DNA of 64,000 nucleotides from NCBI RefSeq assembly GCF_963921235.1, contig NC_086098.1, positions 1 to 64,000 on the forward strand, given 5' to 3'. A program made the position numbers and the translations under genes. The stretch is from Mobula hypostoma (lineage: Eukaryota). Under the pieces are notes generated by a model that had not been told where the DNA came from, did no database searches, and worked only from the letters and a program-made list of their open reading frames with translations. The number at the start of each line of letters is the position of its first letter. Position 1 is the first letter of the stretch. Of this stretch, positions 24,781-35,961 are shown piece after piece.

Positions 24781-27555
24781 AAGACATAAGACAAAGGAGC
24801 AGAAGTCGGCCATTCGGCCCATCGAGTCTGCTCCGCCATTCCATCATGAGCTGATCCATTCTCCCATTTAGTCCCACTCCCCGGCCTTCTCACCATAACC
24901 TTTGATGCCCTGGCTACTCAGATACCTATCAATCTCTGCCTTAAATACACCCAATGACTTGGCCTCCACTGCCGCCCGTGGCAACAAAATTCCATAGATT
25001 CACCACCCTTATACTAAAAAAATCTCTTCGCATTTCTGTTCTGAATGGGCGCCCTTCAATCCTTAAGTCATGCACTCTCGTACTAGACTCTTATTGACCT
25101 TCTTGGTTTCCTTTTGTAAGGTTTTAAAAACTTCCCAATCCTCTGTGTTCCCACTAATTTTTGCTTCCTTGTACGCCCTCTCCTTTGCTTTAACTTTGGC
25201 TTTGACTTCTCTTGTCAACCACGGTTGCATCCTTTTTCCACTCAAAAATTTCTTCTTTTTTGGAATATACCTGTCTTGCACCTTCCTCACTTCTCGCATA
25301 AACTCCAGCCACTGCTGCTCTGCTGACTTTCCCGCCAGTGTCCCTTTCCAGTCAACCTTGGCCAGTTCCTCTCTTATGCCACTGTAATTTCCTTTACTCC
25401 ACTGAAATACTGACACATCAAATTTCAGCTTCTCTTTTTCAAATTTCACAGTGAACTCAATCATGTTATGATCACTGCCTCCTAAGGGTTCCTTCACCTC
25501 AATCTCTCTAATCACCTCTGGTTCATTACAAAATACCCAATCCAGTACAGCCGATCCCCTAGTAGGCTCAACAACAAGCTGTTCTAAAAAGCCAATTCGC
25601 AGACATTCTACAAATTCTCTCTCTTGAGATCCAGTGCCGACCTGATTTTCCCAATCCACTTGCATGTTAAAATCCCCCACAATTATCACATCACTGCCCT
25701 TCTGACAAGCCTTTCCTATTTCCAGTTGTAATTTGTAGTCCACATCCCTGCAGCTGTTTGGAGGCCTATAAATAACTGCCATCAGGGTCCTTTTACCTCT
25801 TCTATTTCTTAGCTCAACCCATAAAGATTCTGCACCTTCCGATCCTATATCACCTCTTTCTAATGATTTAATATCATTTCTTACCAATAAAGCCACGCCT
25901 CCCCCTCTGCCTACCTTCCTATCCTTCCGATACACCATGTATCCTTGGACGTTCAGTTCCCAGAGACATGATCAGGTCTCAGTGATGGCCACAATATCAT
26001 ACCTGCCAATCTGTAGCTGTACGACAAGATTATCCTCCTTATTCCTTATGCTGCGTGCATTTAAGTATAACACCTTAAAACCAGTATTTGATACTTTTCA
26101 CTTTGATTTCACTGCAACTTTATTGCACTGCAACTCATCCCAATGGCTACAAATTTGCCCCATCACCTGCCTGTCTTTCCTGACATCTTTACTGCTCACT
26201 ATCTTAGATTTATTTCTGTTTTCCCCTTCCTCCGCTCTGTCATTCCGGTTCCCATCCCCCTGCCAAATTAGTTTAAACCCTCCCTAACAGCTCTATTAAA
26301 CTTTCCCGCCAGGATATTGGTCCCCTTCAGGTTCAGGTGTAACCTGTCCTTTTTGAACAGGTCATACTTCCCTCAGAAGAGATCCCGATTATCCAAGAAT
26401 CTGAAGCCCTGCCCCCTACACCAGTCTCTCAGCCATGCATTCATCTGCCTGATCCTACTATTCTTGCCCTCGCTAGCACGTGGCACAGGTAGCAATCCCG
26501 AGATTACTACCCTGGAGGTCCTGCTTCTCAGCTTCCTTCCTAACTCCTGGAAATCTCTCTTCAGGACCTCCTCCTTTGTCCTATCTATGTCATTGGTACC
26601 AACATGTACCAAGACAACTGGCTGCTCACCCTCCCCCTTCAGAATATTCAGGACCCGATCCGAGACATCCCATACCCTGGCACCTGGGAGGCAACACACC
26701 ATGCGGGTATCTCTATCAGGCTCACAGAATCTCCTGTCCGTTCCCCTGACTATGGAATCCCCTATGACTACCGCATTTCTCTTCTCCCTCCTTCCCTCCT
26801 GCACAACAGCGCCAGGCTCAGTGCCTGAGACCCGGTCACCGTGGGCGTCCCCTGTCAGGTCATCCCCCTCAACAGCATTCAGAACAAGATATTTGTTGCT
26901 GAGGGGGACAGCCACAGGTGTGCTCTCCACTATCCGGGCATTTCCCTTCCCTCTCTTGACAGTGACCCAGTTTTCTGACCCCTGTAGCCTAGGGATGACT
27001 ACCTCCCTGCAGCTCCTGTCTATCACCTCTTCACTTTCCCTAACAAGCAGTAGGTCATCAAGCTGCAGCTCCAGATCCCTAACACGGTCTCTGAGGAGCT
27101 GCATCTCAGTGCACCTGGTGCAGATGTGGCCATCAGGGAGGCTGGAGGTCTCCCAGGATTCCCATATCTGACACCCTGAACAAACCACTTACCCTGCAGG
27201 CATGCTATCTAATTCTACAGGAATGAAACAGGAAAAATAAGTCTACTCACCCAATTACCTCGCCAAACAGATGAACTTTTTAAACCGTTAGCTCGTACCA
27301 TTAGCTGTGAGAGCCCTGCTGTTCCTGTCTGTCCGGGCCGATTCGCGAAGGGAGAGGGGAGAAAAGAAAGAGTTGGTGCTTTGCTCTCGCCTCTTCCTGT
27401 TTACCGCCGAAGCCTGTTGAAGCCAAAGCCCTACACTCTGCTCCCACTCACTCCGCTGCCCGCTGTATAGGGTGGTCTCCTGTTTAAACTCTCCACGTGG
27501 TCCTGTTGACGTCACGCGCCTGCGCAGTCTCGCCCTTCTTGCACTCGAAGAAGTT
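24781..27555 (-). mobile_element. CR1 LINE with 5' UTR, ORF1 (Zn-finger/coiled coil + SGNH esterase) and endonuclease; RT internally deleted
   Basis: ORF1 26373-27188 (CxxC..CxxC, GDSIVR, HVGTND, premature stop at 26373). EN ~26070-25450 (GGGVALLV, IYRPPN, GDFN, SDHN). Jump from tether to extreme C-terminus at ~25090. Tail AAGACATAAGAC at 24781. Confidence 0.92.
27494..27526 (-). promoter_or_regulatory. CpG-rich motif cluster at CR1 5' end (E-box, CRE, NRF1-like)
   Basis: CACGTG 27494-27499, TGACGTCA 27507-27514, GCGCCTGCGCA 27516-27526. Confidence 0.55.
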
Positions 27556-27694
27556 TTTTAAAAAAACTGCCTTCCTTCAGAATTCAGCTCCAACGACGCT
27601 CTGTAGTCCCGATCCAAAAACATCTGACTTCTCCTTCTCAAACTTCTACAAATAATGCAAATAAAATAATGCATGGTTGTAAACCAGGGTATTA

Positions 27695-27890
27695 CATCGG
27701 CAAAACACTGGAGGAACTCTATGGAGTTCTATGATCAGGCAACATCTATGGAGAGAATAAATAGTCAATGTTTCAACCCTTCATCATCCTAGAACCTGCC
27801 CGACCTGCTTTGTTCCCCGCCCCCCCCACCCCGCAACAGCACTTTGTGTGTGTTGCTCTATATTTCCAGCATGTGCAGAATCTCACGTGG
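27695..27890. mobile_element. Degenerate PLE terminal-repeat remnant, inverted arrangement
   Basis: Similar to the 21016-21150 repeat (CTGGAGGAACTC..CAGGCAACATCTA..AGTCAATGTTTC), followed by the reverse arm ending TTTCCAGCATGTGCAGAATC. Confidence 0.55.
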
Positions 27891-27954
27891 TTTCTATCTG
27901 CATTTGTAAATGGGTTGCGCTTTGACATTTGGCACACAGAATGCCATTGATTTT

Positions 27955-28516
27955 GAATGCCACAGAGACCAGGTTACTGGCATTGAACCACTCCATAGTG
28001 CAGAAGGGAAAGAGGGAGAAGAGGGGAGTGGTAGTGATAGGGGACTCAATAGTCAGAGGAACAGACAGGAGATTCTATGGACATGAAATGAACTCCGAGA
28101 TGGTATGTGCCAGTGTCAGGGACATCTCTGATTGTGTCGACAGGAAGGAGAGATGGAGTAGCCAAATGGTGCATATTGGTACCAATGACATGGGAAGGAA
28201 AAGCAAAGATGTTCTGAATAGAGAATTTGGAGAGCTAGGCAGAAAGCTGGGCATCCATTGAAAACAAAGATGCAGAGAAACTTCTTAAGCCAGAGTGTGG
28301 TGAATGTGTGGAAGTTATTTACATGGGCAGCTATGGAGGCCAGGTTGTTGGGTGTATTTAAGGCAGAGATTGATTATCCACAGCATCAAAGGTTACAGGG
28401 ATAAGGCAGGGTAGTGGGGCTGAGGAGGAGAGAAAAAGGATCGGCTATGATTGAATGACGGAGCAGATTCGATGGGCCAAATGGCTCATTCTGCTCCTAT
28501 GTCTTATGGTCTTATG
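27955..28516 (+). mobile_element. CR1 remnants (ORF1 esterase fragment joined to a 3' end)
   Basis: VIGDSIVRGTDRRF..HIGTND peptide, then a CR1 3' UTR with TCTTATGG tail. Confidence 0.8.
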
Positions 28517-28659
28517 AATATTGAGTACATTGTTTTTCTGAGTTTGTTGCGTTAAGGTAGCTGCTGAGTGTTCTACAGAGAGAGAGAAAGAAACATTTGA
28601 CTGGTTTTGAGCCATGTGGCATAGGAGAACCGGTGGTTGCCGACACGTTATATGGCACC

Positions 28660-29130
28660 TCAGATACCCAGATACCTCCACGCTTCAGAATTCGCTGTCG
28701 GCGACCAGGCGATCAAATGCGCAGGCGTAAAGGTCGCATCGTTCCGGAAAGTCGCACATGCGCTCACTGAACGGGAAGCTTAGGAAGAACAGCAGCAGGT
28801 AGGAGCCGGGCTCCCAGTGGGGTTTCGTCGCAGCGGCGTCCTCACCGCGACTGAGTGACAATTGCTCTGAGTTCCGAACACATCGTGGCCCCACAAAACC
28901 CAGGCAGTCCGATCCTGCCCCTCTCCCGTAGCCCAAGATTCGGCCTCGGGCCCCGAGGAGTTTTCTAGTTTTGATCGCATTGGCGCTATTTCCGCTGGGC
29001 ATGCGCATCACTGGGTCGCACGATCGTGGGAGTTTCTGGGTAAAGAGGCAGCCATGGGTGACATTACTAGCACTTCCCCGCCATCCCGAGCTGCTTTGGA
29101 AGCGCAGGCGCAGGGAATGGGAGCGGATGG
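28660..29130 (+). promoter_or_regulatory. CpG island / probable promoter and non-coding first exon of the zinc-finger gene
   Basis: High CpG density in non-TE sequence. NRF1-like TGCGCAGGCG 28718-28727, ETS-like CCGGAA ~28744, donor CAG|GTAGGA after 28798, candidate acceptor TTTTTACAG| ending 30295. Confidence 0.65.
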
Positions 29131-29687
29131 ATCTCCCAGACACTGCCAAGCTCCAACTCTCTAAATCCAAGAACTAGGAACTCTACCAAAAATATAGTTT
29201 CCAGTTAATCTCGGATGAAGAGTCTATTTTCTAGTGTTTGAAAATATCAAGTAGCAGAACAAGATCCTTTCTTCAGCTTTAGTTCTTGAGAAAATACCTT
29301 TGTTCTACCTCCTTTTGTTCTGGACCTTTCTACCCATGAAAACTTGTTTTGTACCATTCTCTCTGGGTACATAATGATATCAAACTCCTTTGTCCTGGAT
29401 AAAAAGTGACTTGTAGCTTCCACATACAAAATTGGCACACTCCAATGAGAAAGACGACTGCCCTCCCCTTCATGTTTATTGGCGTTGCCATTGTTGAGTT
29501 CACCAATGTCAATCACCTGGGGGGAGGGGATCAGAGTGATTAAAAAATCCCCTGGATCAGACGTAATAATAAGTGATCTTGGTAGCACTGTGGGACATGA
29601 CCAGAATTGGAAATAATGCTGAAGGAGAGAGACCAACTGAGCCTAGTCACAGATTGATGAAGGGCAGAAATGGCCCCTTCTGATACG

Positions 29688-29928
29688 ACACACACAAAAT
29701 GCTCAGTAGGTCATGCAGCATTTAGGGAAAAGTTGATTTTTTTGGGCCGAAACCTTTCGGCAGAACTTGAGAAGAAAAATGAGTAGTTTTTTTTCTCCAG
29801 TCCTGCTGAAGGGTTTTGGCCCAAAACGTTGACTGTACGCTTTTCTTAGATGCTGCCTGGCCTGCTGAGTTCCTCTAGCATTTTCTGTGGCTCGGATTTC
29901 TAGCATCTGCAGATTTTTTCTTTGTTTG
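29688..29928. mobile_element. PLE terminal-repeat foldback with two decayed hammerhead motifs
   Basis: The plus arm has AGTC-CTGCTGA-AGGGTTTTGGCCC-AAAA-CGTT-GACT (29799-29834). A more decayed inverted copy lies at ~29731-29770. Confidence 0.75.
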
Positions 29929-30089
29929 CCCTTCTGATGCAGATAGGAACACAGTCAGAGAATTTGATGGTTATTCAGAATGTGTAATCCGTGCCCAGTT
30001 AGAGGATGAGAAGTTCCTCCAATTTGAGTTGAACACTGTAAAATGTGATATCAGAGCTCACCACAGACTAAAATCTCACCTGAAATCTC

Positions 30090-30247
30090 ACCCACTGCCT
30101 GAATTAGTGGTGGAGGCAGATACACTAGTGAAGTTTAAGAGACTACTAGACTGGTATATGGAGGAATCTAAGGTGGGGGCTTGTATGGGAGGCAGGGTTT
30201 GTGGGCCGAAGGGCCTGTACTGTGCTGTACTATTCTATGTTCTATGT
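30090..30247 (+). mobile_element. CR1 3' fragment
   Basis: LPELVVEADTLVKFKRLLD peptide and TATTCTATGTTCTATG tail. Same family as 47372 and 58864. Confidence 0.85.
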
Positions 30248-30639
30248 TAAATATTGTCCTTCAGCTATTGATGTCTTTTGTAAATATTTTTACAGGCTAG
30301 AAGCGGCAGAAAATTTGTGTATGGGAATCTCAAACACATTAGTTTTGCTGTTGCTGTCCAGATATTTAAGAAGTGACCATATAAATGCTTTGCAACAGCA
30401 ATATATCTGTGTTGATATTTGAAGATGAAGATATATCTCATCTTAGCGGAAAACGTATTTTGTGTCTGAAATGAATTTTTCTGTTCTTACTCAGTGTAAT
30501 CCACTGGAACCAGGGAGCTGAGAAGACACCAACATTTATTCACTAGAGATCAGATCTTCAACTGCATTCATTGTGCAAGGGACATCTGACTTTCTGAATT
30601 GCCGGAGAATTGATCGCAGTTAGATACCATTCTCCTTTA

Positions 30640-31169
30640 GTCATAGCCTACCCGCTCTGTGTGTGGGAGCGGATCTACTCAGTCATCCAGCCTGAAGATA
30701 TATCAGCGGATTCACGCCATAGTGAGATGTTCCACTTGTTCTGACTGTGGGAAATGACTAATTTTGTCATCGAAGCTAAAAGTTTATCAGAAAATTCACC
30801 AGTGAGACGACATTGACTTGGTCAGATTGTGGGAAGAGACTCAGTCACTTGTCCCACAGCAGACTCTGTTCTGGAATGTGGTAAGAACTTCACTCAGTCA
30901 TCTAATCAGCTAACACACAAGTGAGTTCACACTCGGTAGAGTATATCTGCTCTAAATGTGGGAAGAGAGTCACTCAGTCATCTCATCTACTGACACACCA
31001 GTCAGTTCACACTGAGGAGAGGCCATCCACCTGCTAAGACTGGATAGGCATTCACAAAATCATCCAACCTACTGAGCTCACACGAGAGGCCATTCATCTG
31101 CGTTGTGTGTGGAAAGGAATTCACTCAGTCATCTGAACTATTGGCAACCAGACAATTTGTACTGGGGAG
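30640..31169 (+). pseudogene. Array of ~6 decayed C2H2 finger units upstream of the intact ORF
   Basis: Repeated TGTGGGAA..TCACTCAGTCATC..GTTCACAC remnants at finger-like spacing, with stops and frameshifts. The last unit ([13 protein letters not shown]) is frameshifted against the ORF. Confidence 0.8.
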
Positions 31170-32942
31170 ATGCTGTTCACCTGCTCTGAATGTGGGAAGG
31201 CATTCACACACTCATCCACCCTACAGAGACACCAACGAGTTCACACTGGAGAGAAGCCATTCACCTGCTCTGAATGTGGGAAAGGGTTCACTCAGTCATC
31301 CACCCTTGTGTTGCACTACCGAGTTCATACTGGGGAGAGACCGTTCACCTGCTCTGAATGCGGGAAAGGATTTGCTCGGTCATTTCAACTGAAGGAACAT
31401 CAGCGGGTACACACTGGAGAGAGGCCATTCACCTGCTCAGACTGTGGGAAGAAATTCACTCGGTCATCTGACTTGAAAGAACATCAGCGAGTACACACTG
31501 GAGAGAGGCCGTTCAGTTGCTCAGTTTGTGGGAAGGGATTCACTCGGTCATCTCACCTATTGGCACACCAGACAGCTCACAGTGGAGAGATGCCATTCAT
31601 CTGCTTTGAATGTGGGAAGGGATTCACTCAGTCATCTCAACTGAATGAACATCAGCGAATTCACACTGGGGAGAAACCATTCACCTGCTCAGACTGTGGG
31701 AAGGGATTCACTCAGTCATCTTACTTAAAAATACATCAGCGAGTTCACACTGGAGAGAGGCCATTCACCTGCTCTGACTGTGGGAAGGGATTCACTCGGT
31801 CATCTCAACTGAATGAACATCAGCGAGTTCACACCGGGGAGAAACCGTTCTTCTGCTCAGAATGTGGGAAGCAATTCACTCGGTCATCTGACTTGAAAGT
31901 ACATCAACGAATACACACTGGGGAGAGGCCGTTCACTTGCTCAGACTGTGGGAAGGGATTTACTCAGTCATCCACTCTACAGAGGCACCAGCGAGTTCAC
32001 ACTGGGGAGAAACCATTCACCTGCTCAGACTGTGGGAAGGGATTCACTCAGTCATCTCAACTGAATGAACATCAGCGAATTCACACTGGGGAGAAACCAT
32101 TCACCTGCTTGGACTGTGGGAAGGGATTCACTCGGTCATCTCAACTGAATGAACATCAGCGAGTTCACACTGGGGTGAAACTTTTCATCTGCCCAGACTG
32201 TGGGAAGGAATTCATTCGGACATCTGACTTGAAAGTACATCAGCGAGTTCACACTGGGGAGAGGCCATTTACCTGCTCTGAATGTGGGAAGGCATTCACA
32301 CATTCATCCACACTACAGAGACACCAGCGAGTTCACACCGGCGAGAAACCATTCACCTGTTCAGACTGTGGGAAGGGATTCACTCAATCATCTCAACGGA
32401 ATGAACATCAGCGGGTACACACTGGAGAGAGGCCGTTCATCTGCTCAGACTGTGGGAAGGAATTCACTCGGTCATCTGACTTGAGAGTACATTTGCGAGT
32501 TCACACCGGGGAGAAACCGTTCACTTGTTCAGACTGTGGGAAGGAATTCAGTCGGTCATCTGACTTGAAAGTACATCAGCGAGTACACACTGGAGAGAGG
32601 CCGTTCACCTGCTCAGAGTGTGGGAAGGGATTCACTCGGTCATCTCTACTGAAGGAACATCAGCGAATACACACTGGAGAGAGGCCGTTCACTTGCTCTG
32701 AATGTGGGAAGGGATTCACTCAATTAGTCCACTTACAGATACATCACTGGGTTCACACTGGGGAGAGGCCGTTCACCTGCACTGTATGTGGGAAGGGATT
32801 CACTCAGTCATCCACCCTTGTGTCACACTATCGAGTTCACACTGGAGAGAAACCATTTACTTGCTCTGAATGCGGGAAGAGATTCACTCAATCATCCAAA
32901 CTTGTGTCACACTACCGAGTACACACTGGTGAAAAAGATTAA
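31170..32942 (+). CDS. Tandem C2H2 zinc-finger protein, 21 fingers, no recognisable effector domain (590 aa)
   Basis: 21 uninterrupted CxxC-x12-HxxxH units with TGE(K/R)P linkers. ATG at 31170. TAA stop overlaps ATTAAA at 32938-32943. Confidence 0.9.
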   Translation: MLFTCSECGKAFTHSSTLQRHQRVHTGEKPFTCSECGKGFTQSSTLVLHYRVHTGERPFTCSECGKGFARSFQLKEHQRVHTGERPFTCSDCGKKFTRSSDLKEHQRVHTGERPFSCSVCGKGFTRSSHLLAHQTAHSGEMPFICFECGKGFTQSSQLNEHQRIHTGEKPFTCSDCGKGFTQSSYLKIHQRVHTGERPFTCSDCGKGFTRSSQLNEHQRVHTGEKPFFCSECGKQFTRSSDLKVHQRIHTGERPFTCSDCGKGFTQSSTLQRHQRVHTGEKPFTCSDCGKGFTQSSQLNEHQRIHTGEKPFTCLDCGKGFTRSSQLNEHQRVHTGVKLFICPDCGKEFIRTSDLKVHQRVHTGERPFTCSECGKAFTHSSTLQRHQRVHTGEKPFTCSDCGKGFTQSSQRNEHQRVHTGERPFICSDCGKEFTRSSDLRVHLRVHTGEKPFTCSDCGKEFSRSSDLKVHQRVHTGERPFTCSECGKGFTRSSLLKEHQRIHTGERPFTCSECGKGFTQLVHLQIHHWVHTGERPFTCTVCGKGFTQSSTLVSHYRVHTGEKPFTCSECGKRFTQSSKLVSHYRVHTGEKD

Positions 32943-33089
32943 ATAAGTTGCATGCTGGATATTTAATCCAGAGGCAAGTTCAAAGGTGACTTGTTGTCGA
33001 ACTCTGCCATTATAGCTGGTACTCATCATACCCAGTTCTGCACCCTGGTCACTGGGTACAGGAGTGTTTCTTCTGCTGATGTTCACCTT

Positions 33090-33570
33090 TTATTCAAAGA
33101 TTCAAAGTGCATTTATTGTCAAAGAACATATAAATAATACAACCTTCAATTTTGTTTGCTTCAGGCAGTCGCAAAGCAAGAAACCTGAAAGAACCAAATT
33201 TAAAAAAAAAATAAGACCAAGGCCCCAGTGCCCACAGAGAAAGAGAAAAAAAGCACAAAACAAATCATGCAACAACAATAGCATTCCGAACCAAACTGAG
33301 TCCTTGGATCCAAATCCCCAGAGCAGCCTGGAACTGGCCCAAAGCCTTGGTATTCAGTTCATCATATTAGCAGGGCAAATCGTTGCAAAGGTCACAGACA
33401 TGAAGCACAGCAGCCGGGGGCAGTCTCACAGCCTTGGCATCATGGAGAGAGGAGCCCCCAGACTATCTGGACCAGCGTTTAAATTGTCCAAACCTCGCAC
33501 GATGGACCTAGCCCTGCTGTGGTGATCCACTTCAGGCTTAGATTTCATAGGACTGGAGTTTAATCTGGAC
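33090..33570 (-). mobile_element. Probable non-coding retroposon 3' portion
   Basis: The minus strand ends AATAAATGCAC-TTTGAATCTTTGAA (polyA signal plus short tandem tail). Family not identified. Confidence 0.4.
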
Positions 33571-33593
33571 TGGATCTGTGAGAAATAAATCAC

Positions 33594-35540
33594 AGAACAT
33601 AGAAGATAGAAATCTAAAGCACATTACAGGCCCTTCAGCCCACAATGCTGTGCTGAACATGTACTTTAGAAATTACCTAGGGTTACTCATACCCCTCTAT
33701 TTTTCTAAGCTCCATGTACCTATCCAAGAGTCTCTTAAAGACCCTATTGTATCCGCCTCCATCACCGATGCCGGCCGCCCATTCCACGCACTCACCACTG
33801 TTTAAAAAAACTTACCCTGACATCTCCTCTGTACCTGCTTCCAAGCACCTTAAAACTGTGCCGTCTCATGTTAGCCATTTCAGCCCTGGGAAAAAAGCCT
33901 CTTGACTATCCACACGATCAATGCCTTTCATCATCTTATACACCTCTATCAAGACACCTCTCATCCTCCGTCATTGCAAGGAGAAAAGGCTAAGTTCACT
34001 CAACCTATTCTCATAAGGCATGCTCCCCAATCCTTGTAAATCTCCTCTGCACCCTTTCTATGGTTTCCACATCCTTCCTGTAGTGAGGTGACCAGAACTG
34101 AGCACGGAATTTCAAGTGGGGTCTGACCAGGGTCCTATATAGCTGTAACATTACCTCTCGGCTCTTGAACTCAATCCCACAGTTGATGAAGACCAATACA
34201 CTGTATGCCTTCTTAACCACACAGTCAACCTGCACAGCAAGCTTTGAGTTTCCTATGGACTCGGACCCCAAGATCCCTCTGGTCCTTCACACTGCCAAGT
34301 CTTACCATTAATATTATATTCTGCCATCATATTTGACCTACCACAATAGACTACCTCACACTTACCTGGGTTGAACTCCATCTGCCACTTCTCAACCCAG
34401 TTTTGCATCCTATTGATGTCCCACTGTATCCTCTGACAGCCTTCCACACTATCCACAACACCCCCAACCTTTGTGTCATCAGCAAACTTTCTAACCCATC
34501 CCTCCACTTCCTCATCCAGGTGATTTATAAAAATTATGAAGAGTAAGGATCCCAGAACAGATCCCTGAGGCACACCACTGGTCACTGACCTCCATGCAGA
34601 ATATGACCCCTCTGTAACCACTGTTTGCCTTCTGTGGGCAAGCCAGTTCTGGATCCATAAGACAAAGTTCCCTTGTATCACATGCCTCCTTACTTTCTCA
34701 ATAAGCCTTGCATGGGGTACCTTATCAAATGCCTTGCTGAAATCCATATACACTACATCTACTGCTCGAATGAATGTGTTTAGTCACATCCTCAAAAAAT
34801 TCATTCAGGCTCGTAAGGCACAAACTGCCTTTGACAAAGCCATGCTGACTATTCCTAATCATATTTTGCCTCACCAAATGTTCATAAATCCTGCCTCTCA
34901 GGATCTTCTCCATCAACTTACCAACCACTGAAGTAAGACTCACTGGTCTTTCATTTCCTTGGCTATCTCTACTCCCTTTCTTGAATAAGAGAATGACATC
35001 TGCAACCCTCCAATCCTCTGGAACTTCTCCCATCCCCATTGATGATGCAAAGGTCATTGCCAGAGGCTCAGCAATCTCCTCCCTCACCTTCCACAGTAGC
35101 CTGGAGTATATCTCGTCCTGTCCCAGTGACTTATCCAACTTGATGCTTTCCAAAAACTCCAGTACATCCTCTTTCTTAATGTCTATATGCTCAAGCTTTT
35201 CAGTCTGCTATAAGTCATCCCTACAATCGCCAAGGTCCTTTTCTGTAGTGAATACTGAAGCAAAGTATTCATTAAGTACCTCTGTTACCTCATCCGGATC
35301 CATACGCACTTTTACACTGCCACACTTGATTGGTCCAATTCTCTCACGTCTTATCCTCTTGCTCTTCACATACTTGTAGAATGCCTTGGGGTTTTCTTTA
35401 ATCCTGCTCGCCAAGACCTTCTCATGGCCCCTTCTGACACTCTTAGTTTCATTCCTAAGCTCCTTCCTGCTAGCCTTATAATTTTTTAGATCTCTATCAT
35501 CCCCAATTTTTTGAACCTTTCGTAAGATTTTTTTGTCTCT
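33594..35540 (-). mobile_element. CR1 LINE, 5'-truncated, frameshifted ORF2
   Basis: ORF pieces 35208-35543, 34725-35153, 34253-34753 and 34011-34271 with RT motifs. Tail AGAACATAGAAGATAGAAA at ~33594. Confidence 0.92.
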
Positions 35541-35784
35541 CAAATCTCTTGGCCAAGGACGAATGACATTGGTTGTTAACTTTCTTTATTCCTTGTTCAA
35601 TTCAACATTACATACATTTCTACTGCTTCTAAAGGGTTGTGGGTTTCAAGCTGGGTTGTTAAAATACATCACTCTCCTCTAAAGTCTTAAAGCTAAATGG
35701 GGACCAGTGGAGCAGGGTCAGAAGCCAGAGACACATTAGCACTTCGCAGAGTTTGGGGCTCTGGACAGTGGTAATTGAAAAAGC

Positions 35785-35961
35785 ATATGAGGAGCAAGGA
35801 AACGATAGGGTCTTTTCAGAGACTCCTGGATAGGTACATGGAGCTTAGAAAAATAGAGGGCTATGGGTAACCCTAGGTAATTTCTAAGGTAAGGACATGT
35901 TCAGCACAGCTTTGTGGGCTGAAGGGCCTGTATGGTGCTGTAGCTTTTCTATGTTTCTATG
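35785..35961 (+). mobile_element. CR1 3' fragment
   Basis: CR1 3' UTR ending TTTTCTATGTTTCTATG. Confidence 0.8.

Noticed and set aside
28685..29177. ORFs across the CpG island
   Set aside because: GC-rich stop-poor sequence with no recognisable domain.
31170..32942. Assignment as PRDM9 or the telomere-binding ZBTB48/TZAP
   Set aside because: No SET, KRAB or BTB domain is present in the window, and telomere proximity alone is not evidence.
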